This document shows, piece after piece, positions 58,948-64,000 of a DNA stretch of 64,000 nucleotides. Source of the stretch: Eubacteriales bacterium. Lineage in GTDB: Bacteria; Bacillota; Clostridia; Oscillospirales; CAG-382. A model generated the notes under the pieces. The model was given only the letters and a program-made list of their open reading frames with translations. It searched no databases and was not told the DNA's origin. Positions within the stretch are counted from its first letter, which is position 1, and every line of letters starts with the position of its first letter. The stretch covers positions 9,616 to 73,615 of the forward strand of contig JAZSRP010000043.1 of the NCBI GenBank assembly GCA_045538555.1, in the 5' to 3' direction. Position numbers and translations under genes: made by a program.

Positions 58948-60042
58948 TTATGATTTTGCAGCATTTAAAAATGATTTGCAATAAGTTTTTATATATTTGC
59001 ACATCTCTGGCGCAAGTACAGATGGATCACCGTTGCGAGCAAACCCGATCGCAGCACATGAAGGGCAGATCTTTTTGTATTGACAATCTGTACAATCTTT
59101 TGGCAAAAACATGCTTTCTGTACGTTTTGTAATCTCGTTCCATGCATTTTGAAAACCGTATTTCAAGGGTTCTGACCAAAATCCGTTGATCATTCCGCAT
59201 GGAAGCATCAACCCATCCCAGGTGATCCAAAATGCGCCTTTTCCTGCCATGCATGACGATGCAGAACATTCAACCGGGTCATCAGTAAGCTCCGGTTCTT
59301 CAGCTTCGGTGATATTTGTCAACACTTCGATCCGTCTTTGCTTCTGCTCATTGTTCATGGTCAAAATATCAAACTTGGATGACAAACAGCCCATTTCTTC
59401 AGGAGAAAGAAAACAAGAATCCTCTGAGCTTCCGCATTTTCTCACCGGTGGAAAAATATAGCTTGCGGTGCGAATAGGGATGTTGTGTTCTTTTGAAAAA
59501 GCAACAAGATCAAAAATATCGTTTTTGTTATAATGCGTAAACGTTGTATTTATAATAACGTTAAAACCGCTGTTTTTGAGTTTTAGGATCCCCTCAATGG
59601 ATTTTTTGTATCCGGAATTATTTTGGCATAGGGAAGTATATGTCTCTTCACTTGAGCCGTATATAGTCACGTTTATACGCTCAGGTGGGTGGTTGTGAAA
59701 ACAATCAAGTATCTCCTGGGTTATGCAAGATGCATTTGTATTTATGGAAATAATAACTCCCATTTTTGCCATTTCTGTATAAATATAGGAAAAATCTTTT
59801 CTCAACAAGGGTTCTCCGCCGGTCATGAGAAGATAAATCATTCCTTTATTTACAGCTTGTCTGCCAATATCGATCCATTGCGCGGCAGACAATTCACGCG
59901 ACATGGCGTGTGTATCGTTTTCATCAGAATGGATATAGCACATTTTACAGTCAAAATTACATCTTGCAGTCAGCTCAAATGTTCCGCTGACAGGAATTTT
60001 GTTGTAAGCACCTTTTGCAAAGAGATACTTTTTCATGTTCAT
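58948..60042 (-). CDS. Radical SAM enzyme with C-terminal SPASM domain (anSME/peptide-maturase-like)
   Basis: CxxxCxxC (CNFDCKMCY) begins at about residue 28, with GGEPLL downstream. The Cys-rich C-terminus is CSASSCMAG..PCG..CTDCQYKKICPSCAA..C. There is no room for an N-terminal RRE/PqqD-like domain. Confidence 0.85.
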   Translation of the reverse strand: MNMKKYLFAKGAYNKIPVSGTFELTARCNFDCKMCYIHSDENDTHAMSRELSAAQWIDIGRQAVNKGMIYLLMTGGEPLLRKDFSYIYTEMAKMGVIISINTNASCITQEILDCFHNHPPERINVTIYGSSEETYTSLCQNNSGYKKSIEGILKLKNSGFNVIINTTFTHYNKNDIFDLVAFSKEHNIPIRTASYIFPPVRKCGSSEDSCFLSPEEMGCLSSKFDILTMNNEQKQRRIEVLTNITEAEEPELTDDPVECSASSCMAGKGAFWITWDGLMLPCGMINGFWSEPLKYGFQNAWNEITKRTESMFLPKDCTDCQYKKICPSCAAIGFARNGDPSVLAPEMCKYIKTYCKSFLNAAKS

Positions 60043-60063
60043 AGCATCAACCCGTTTTCTATT

Positions 60064-60099
60064 GAAAAATTACGGGCTTCCATCTTGAGGGAAGCCCGT
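60064..60099 (-). terminator. Terminator-like hairpin after GH20 copy A
   Basis: Read on the minus strand: acgggcttcc-ctcaagat-ggaagcccgt, then aattttt. The hairpin is a paralog of the one after copy B. Confidence 0.6.
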
Positions 60100-60110
60100 T
60101 ATTTGTAGTT

Positions 60111-62645
60111 TTACCAAACATTAACAGTACAGGAGAGAGAATCAGCAGAACGTGTGATTCCGTCCTTGTCAAGGATATAAATAGTATAGGTGCGTGTTCC
60201 GAGATGCTGTGCCTGGAATTTGATCTGATACATATCGCGGCTGTCGTTTGTATTGAAGAAAAGCATATCCTCTATATAAACTCTGTTGTTGAGATCGTCA
60301 TAGATACGGATTTCAGAGAACTCATATCCTTTGTTGATACCCACAGCAAATATAAAGTATTTACCAAGATTTGCAGTAGAGGTTCTGGACGCAACACTGA
60401 ACACGTAGTCATTTTCGCTGACATTGGAAGTGAGCACAAGCTCTTCACTCAGACGGAAAAGTCTTGAGTAATAGCTGTCAACTCTGGTCTGCTCAATATC
60501 AGCATCAGAGCTGATATATGCTTCAGCTTCAACAGCAAGCTGTTTGTATGCGTTGTATGATTCAGCAGTATATGCAGAAGAGTTACATGCTTTGTACTCA
60601 GCAAGAGCACTCTTGAGATATGACGCATCATACTCCGGCTTGTTTTCAAGAGCATCGATTGCAGCATTGATAGCATCAACAGCTTTGTTTACATCAGACT
60701 GAGAAGGTTCACCATTGAGAAGTGCTCTGCCTGCCTCAACAGCTGCAGTATAATTGCCAAAGCTCTCTGTTGTATATGCAAATCTGTTTGTTTCGTAGTT
60801 GTTGTCATATACTTCAATAGCAGCAACAAGAGCAGCAGTATCAACACCAAAAGTGATGGTTGCTTCTTTGAGATTTGAAGGAGCACTGCCAAGAGTTGTC
60901 ATTCTGGAAGCAAAAGCAGAATAAGTCTCATAAGAATTTGCACTGGTATTCCAACATTTTGCAGCATTTGCGCGGATAGGATCAATTGCACCGGATTTTA
61001 CCTGTGCTTCAGTATGGAGCGAGGGATGGTCACACCAAATAGCATAAGCACCGCCCAAAACATTTGATCTGTAAGAGCTGCTTACAGATGTTCCGCTTGT
61101 ATCCTGTGTATAAGGAGTCCAGCTGTCATAAATTGTTTGGGCCGAAACTTTGGCCCCGTTTGTGCCGGTATTGACTATATAGTAGTTGTAATCATCAAGG
61201 AAATTGATGATTTTGTATGATTTTGCATAAGTATCAATTGTATTTTGACCGGATGTCCAATAGTTGATTCTGATATTGGAATTAAGAGTTACTGCCTGCT
61301 GCCAACCTGTATCAGAGGAGCGGAGTGCATCGTCATTCCACATTCTGATATCGTTGTAACCGAGATCGACGAGCAGACTATATACACTATTGAGATAATA
61401 GATAAATCCGTCATAAGCAACCACATTGGTTTTTCCGGTTACAGACTTAGCATACTCTTTCCAGTGGTCAAGCTGCTTCCATTTTGTAACAGAGCTGGAG
61501 GGTACAGCAGAGCCCCAACCCAAAAGCTCGTCACCACCCAGGTCAAACTTTGTACAACCAATGGATCTGAAAAAGTTTCCATATGCTGTGTAAAGCTCAT
61601 AAGCAAAGTTTCTTGCTTCTTCACTTGCAATATTGATACCTCTTGAATAAGAAGTATTGCGTGAACCTTTTACAAGAGTAGTATAATTGTTGTATTTGAA
61701 ATAGTTACCGATACCAAATGTACCGTTGTCCTTATTGTAATCGGATGCAGAAGCGTAGCCATATTGCTTATTGTATTCGTGTACCAGATAGTTCATGTGA
61801 CCGGGGGAGTCAAATGAAGGAACGATCTCAACATGATACAGCTTTGCAACCTCTGCAATAGCGATAATATCGGATTTTGTCAGATATCTGTCATCGTCAG
61901 CAATTACAGCTCCTACACACATTGTGCCGTCACGGCCTGCAACGTTGGCAATCCATTTATAACCTTCTGAAAAATCGGATTCATCAAGCTTGATGCCAAG
62001 TCCCATCTCCTCTGAGAAATGGAGATAGAGAGTGTTCATATTGGACCAGGATATCTCACGTATCATATCCTTGATCCAGTCGGGAGTAAAATATTTTCTT
62101 GCACAGTCGAGGAAAAGTCCGCGCTCAAGAGTGTCGGGGGAATCGGTATATGTCTGACCGACAATAAGCTTGGTTCCAAGAATAAGCTGCTGAATAACAT
62201 ATCTGCAACCGTAAAAGAGGCCGTCTGCATCAGATGCTTTTACTACAATTTTTCCACCTACAGGAACTTCAACTATAAATCCCTGAGTGGTGATGTTGTG
62301 AGAAGATGAAAGATTGAGAACGATATCATTTGTTCCTGCGTTGCTGATATCATCACCGTATTTGATGGGAAGCACACTTGAGGTACAGCCTTTTGCTTCA
62401 AGCTCGGATGCAAAAAGCTTTACTTGATCAGCAAGTTCAGTATTTGATTTGTCTGAATCAGCAGTTTCGAGCCAAAATATCTCTGTATCGTTTGTAACGA
62501 CCCATTGAACTCCGCTGGGGGATACTCCAAGTGAACCCGTGCTTGCAGCAATAGCACAGATATTTGTAAACGAGAGCACACAAAGCAGCATCAGCACAAG
62601 CGCAAAAGATCTGCTTGTTTTAGAATAGGAACATTGCTTCTTCAT
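60111..62645 (-). CDS. Secreted GH20 beta-N-acetylhexosaminidase-like enzyme with FIVAR-like repeats and C-terminal Ig-like domain (copy A)
   Basis: Same architecture as copy B: RGLFLDCARKYF, SFDSPGHMNY, FDLGGDELLGW. GAAAGGAAG RBS. Confidence 0.85.
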   Translation of the reverse strand: MKKQCSYSKTSRSFALVLMLLCVLSFTNICAIAASTGSLGVSPSGVQWVVTNDTEIFWLETADSDKSNTELADQVKLFASELEAKGCTSSVLPIKYGDDISNAGTNDIVLNLSSSHNITTQGFIVEVPVGGKIVVKASDADGLFYGCRYVIQQLILGTKLIVGQTYTDSPDTLERGLFLDCARKYFTPDWIKDMIREISWSNMNTLYLHFSEEMGLGIKLDESDFSEGYKWIANVAGRDGTMCVGAVIADDDRYLTKSDIIAIAEVAKLYHVEIVPSFDSPGHMNYLVHEYNKQYGYASASDYNKDNGTFGIGNYFKYNNYTTLVKGSRNTSYSRGINIASEEARNFAYELYTAYGNFFRSIGCTKFDLGGDELLGWGSAVPSSSVTKWKQLDHWKEYAKSVTGKTNVVAYDGFIYYLNSVYSLLVDLGYNDIRMWNDDALRSSDTGWQQAVTLNSNIRINYWTSGQNTIDTYAKSYKIINFLDDYNYYIVNTGTNGAKVSAQTIYDSWTPYTQDTSGTSVSSSYRSNVLGGAYAIWCDHPSLHTEAQVKSGAIDPIRANAAKCWNTSANSYETYSAFASRMTTLGSAPSNLKEATITFGVDTAALVAAIEVYDNNYETNRFAYTTESFGNYTAAVEAGRALLNGEPSQSDVNKAVDAINAAIDALENKPEYDASYLKSALAEYKACNSSAYTAESYNAYKQLAVEAEAYISSDADIEQTRVDSYYSRLFRLSEELVLTSNVSENDYVFSVASRTSTANLGKYFIFAVGINKGYEFSEIRIYDDLNNRVYIEDMLFFNTNDSRDMYQIKFQAQHLGTRTYTIYILDKDGITRSADSLSCTVNVW

Positions 62646-62675
62646 AAATTCTTCCTTTCAATTTTTTTGTTTCTG

Positions 62676-63503
62676 TCACTGATTATTTAACCAATCAGAT
62701 AGTGCAACAGATGCAGAGTGGGATCTAACACAAGCAAACCTGACAATATCAGTAACAGCAACAATTTCTTGGATTGTATTTAATACATTTTCATTCAACA
62801 AACGGTCTGATTCAAATCTGATGCACTCAGAATAAAGCGTCAAAAAGGCATCGCGCTTTGTCATTTTACACACAGCGTTTTTTTCACTCTTTTCAACTCG
62901 TGCAACAACCTTTACGTTTGCCGAAATATCTCTGTATATGCCTGATGTACCTGCAATCGGACTGCCGTAAGCGATACATTTTCCATCATTGACAGCAAGT
63001 ATCACTTTGTCACCGTTGAGCATCTCCGAGCCAAATTTTTCTTGCCATATTTGTGCCTGAGTTGATTTTCCGCCGCCGGAGGGGGCGCAAAAAATGATTG
63101 CTTCACCGGCATCAATAACGCATGAAGAATGAAGTACAACTCGTCCGTGTTTGGCAAAAAAACGCTCAAGATTTAATAGCAAATTCCAGTTTGCATTACT
63201 TGTTATTGCATTTTTAAAAGATGTTGGAACAAACAGATAATAAAGGGTATTGTCCTCAAATGATTCTGAAAGAATGATTTTTGAACCGTCGTTGAGGGGA
63301 AATTCTTTGATAACCCTAACTCTTTGGTCATTTTTACAAAAATATTCACCCACAAAAATCTCAAATACGCCCTGGTGGGTCGCCTCAGATGCTTCCTCCC
63401 TTAAAAAAGGGAGGAAGCAATCCGGGAAATCGATTTTTACGGGTGATTTGATTCTGATATTCAGACCTGCGATACAAAAATCAAAATTATATTTGCCTGT
63501 CAC
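62676..63503 (-). CDS. HPr-kinase-like P-loop protein (HprK C-terminal-domain-like)
   Basis: LHSSCVIDAGEAIIFCAPSGGGKSTQAQIW..LNGDKVIL resembles the HprK catalytic-domain pattern HG..v...g.gvLi.G.SG.GKSe.a..L...g..LvaDD. A GTG at 63503 overlaps the upstream stop (GTGA); the track TTG start at 63539 would overlap by 40 nt. Confidence 0.6.
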   Translation of the reverse strand: MTGKYNFDFCIAGLNIRIKSPVKIDFPDCFLPFLREEASEATHQGVFEIFVGEYFCKNDQRVRVIKEFPLNDGSKIILSESFEDNTLYYLFVPTSFKNAITSNANWNLLLNLERFFAKHGRVVLHSSCVIDAGEAIIFCAPSGGGKSTQAQIWQEKFGSEMLNGDKVILAVNDGKCIAYGSPIAGTSGIYRDISANVKVVARVEKSEKNAVCKMTKRDAFLTLYSECIRFESDRLLNENVLNTIQEIVAVTDIVRFACVRSHSASVALSDWLNNQ

Positions 63504-63721
63504 GAAGTAAACGCAACCTGAACGTTGGAGTGGTAGCAAATCTCAGTGCCCATAATTCTTCCATCAGCATCAGGGAGAATATAGCAAGTGCTATCTGCAA
63601 AAACGCCAAGGTTTACAAGTGATTTCACATCATCAAAATCTGCTGTACAGTTGAAAGCGATGGGGGAGTCAAGCTCAAGTGACTCGGTGGCAATCATGGG
63701 CTTGGTGTATTGTTTTTTCAT
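63500..63721 (-). CDS. Small acidic Cys-containing protein (73 aa), candidate modified-peptide precursor
   Basis: AAGGAGGG RBS 7 nt before the ATG. The sequence is MKKQYTKPMIATESLELDSPIAFNCTADFDDVKSLVNLGVFADSTCYILPDADGRIMGTEICYHSNVQVAFTS. It has no signal peptide, and its stop is coupled to the next gene. Confidence 0.6.
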   Translation of the reverse strand: MKKQYTKPMIATESLELDSPIAFNCTADFDDVKSLVNLGVFADSTCYILPDADGRIMGTEICYHSNVQVAFTS

Positions 63722-63738
63722 TTTTAAGCCCTCCTTAT

Positions 63739-64000
63739 TTAATCGACAAACACGTCAAGCTTGTTGACGGAAGCGTTTCCGTTTGCGTCAAATGCTCTGA
63801 CAGTGTAGGTTTGTCCTGCGGTGAGAGAAATCTCTGCAACAAATGTCACGGTGTCATCACCAACAGACTTTGTGGATCCAAGGATCTCTACTTCATTGCC
63901 AAACATATCAAGCACGGAGATCTTCTCAGCACCTGCGGTAGTAACAACAGTGAGAGCACCGTCTGCATTTGCAGAAAGTACAGTCAGCTCATCGTTGACA
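63739..64000 (-). CDS. 3' end of a gene extending beyond the window; C-terminal Ig-like domain
   Basis: My own translation of the minus strand gives ...VNDELTVLSANADGALTVVTTAGAEKISVLDMFGNEVEILGSTKSVGDDTVTFVAEISLTAGQTYTVRAFDANGNASVNKLDVFVD, with the stop at 63741-63739. It is not in the ORF track because no start lies inside the window. Confidence 0.6.
   Translation of the reverse strand, partial: VNDELTVLSANADGALTVVTTAGAEKISVLDMFGNEVEILGSTKSVGDDTVTFVAEISLTAGQTYTVRAFDANGNASVNKLDVFVD

Larger units (their letters stand above)
60064..62652 (-). repeat. Segmental duplication, copy A
   Basis: See copy B. The two copies are direct repeats separated by the rSAM/SPASM and ZIP genes. Confidence 0.8.

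Noticed and set aside
60043-60110. Treating peptide, HprK-like, GH20-A, rSAM, ZIP and GH20-B as a single operon.
   Set aside because: Terminator-like hairpins follow GH20-A (60064-60099) and the rSAM gene (58909-58941), and GH20-B has its own consensus promoter. Co-transcription of the whole block is therefore unlikely, and linkage is argued only from proximity and function.

Overview
The window is 64 kb of chromosomal DNA that reads like a mid-GC, anaerobic, saccharolytic Firmicute. My guess is a Clostridia gut organism of the Oscillospiraceae/Ruminococcaceae type, based on PFOR, a dockerin-type module, secreted GH20/GH35 enzymes, AGGAGG-type RBSs and many hairpin+T-run terminators. I saw no rRNA, tRNA or CRISPR array. 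Layout: (1) 0-12.4 kb is mostly minus-strand housekeeping: glgB 3' end, tspO, a truncated IS200-type tnpA remnant abutting tyrS, a PrsA-like foldase, mfd, pth, two unknown membrane proteins and comM/yifB. Three identical DnaA-box-like 9-mers lie at 10.68-10.78 kb, near a gene-orientation switch. (2) 12.6-17.2 kb holds PFOR (nifJ) and a VanY-like protein whose metal ligands appear to be lost. (3) 17.2-30.4 kb is one long plus-strand accessory glycan-uptake locus. It encodes a ~1137-aa solute-binding protein with duplicated CBM-like modules, two complete permease pairs, an NHL-propeller/TPR/Yip1 membrane fusion and a ~1000-aa secreted DUF5696-like protein. It has no ATPase and no regulator. (4) 30.5-54.2 kb is mixed: HAD hydrolase, DUF1846, MATE, M32 carboxypeptidase, PHP phosphatase, uridine-kinase-like protein, GH35 beta-galactosidase, GltS-like symporter, a dockerin/3x discoidin-like/DUF4855-like protein, split chrA pair, THUMP methyltransferase, groESL, an XRE regulator, metA, tsaC, coaE, an SLT and an M18 aminopeptidase. 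(5) 54.2-64 kb is a minus-strand accessory block with two diverged copies of a secreted GH20 cassette flanking a radical-SAM/SPASM gene and a ZIP transporter. Upstream of them, a strongly RBS-preceded 73-aa Cys-containing acidic peptide is translationally coupled to an HPr-kinase-like P-loop protein. I rate that peptide/kinase-like/rSAM-SPASM set as the best candidate for an undescribed peptide-modification system, and the atypical ABC locus as the second. All family assignments come from motif recognition by eye; no searches were run.
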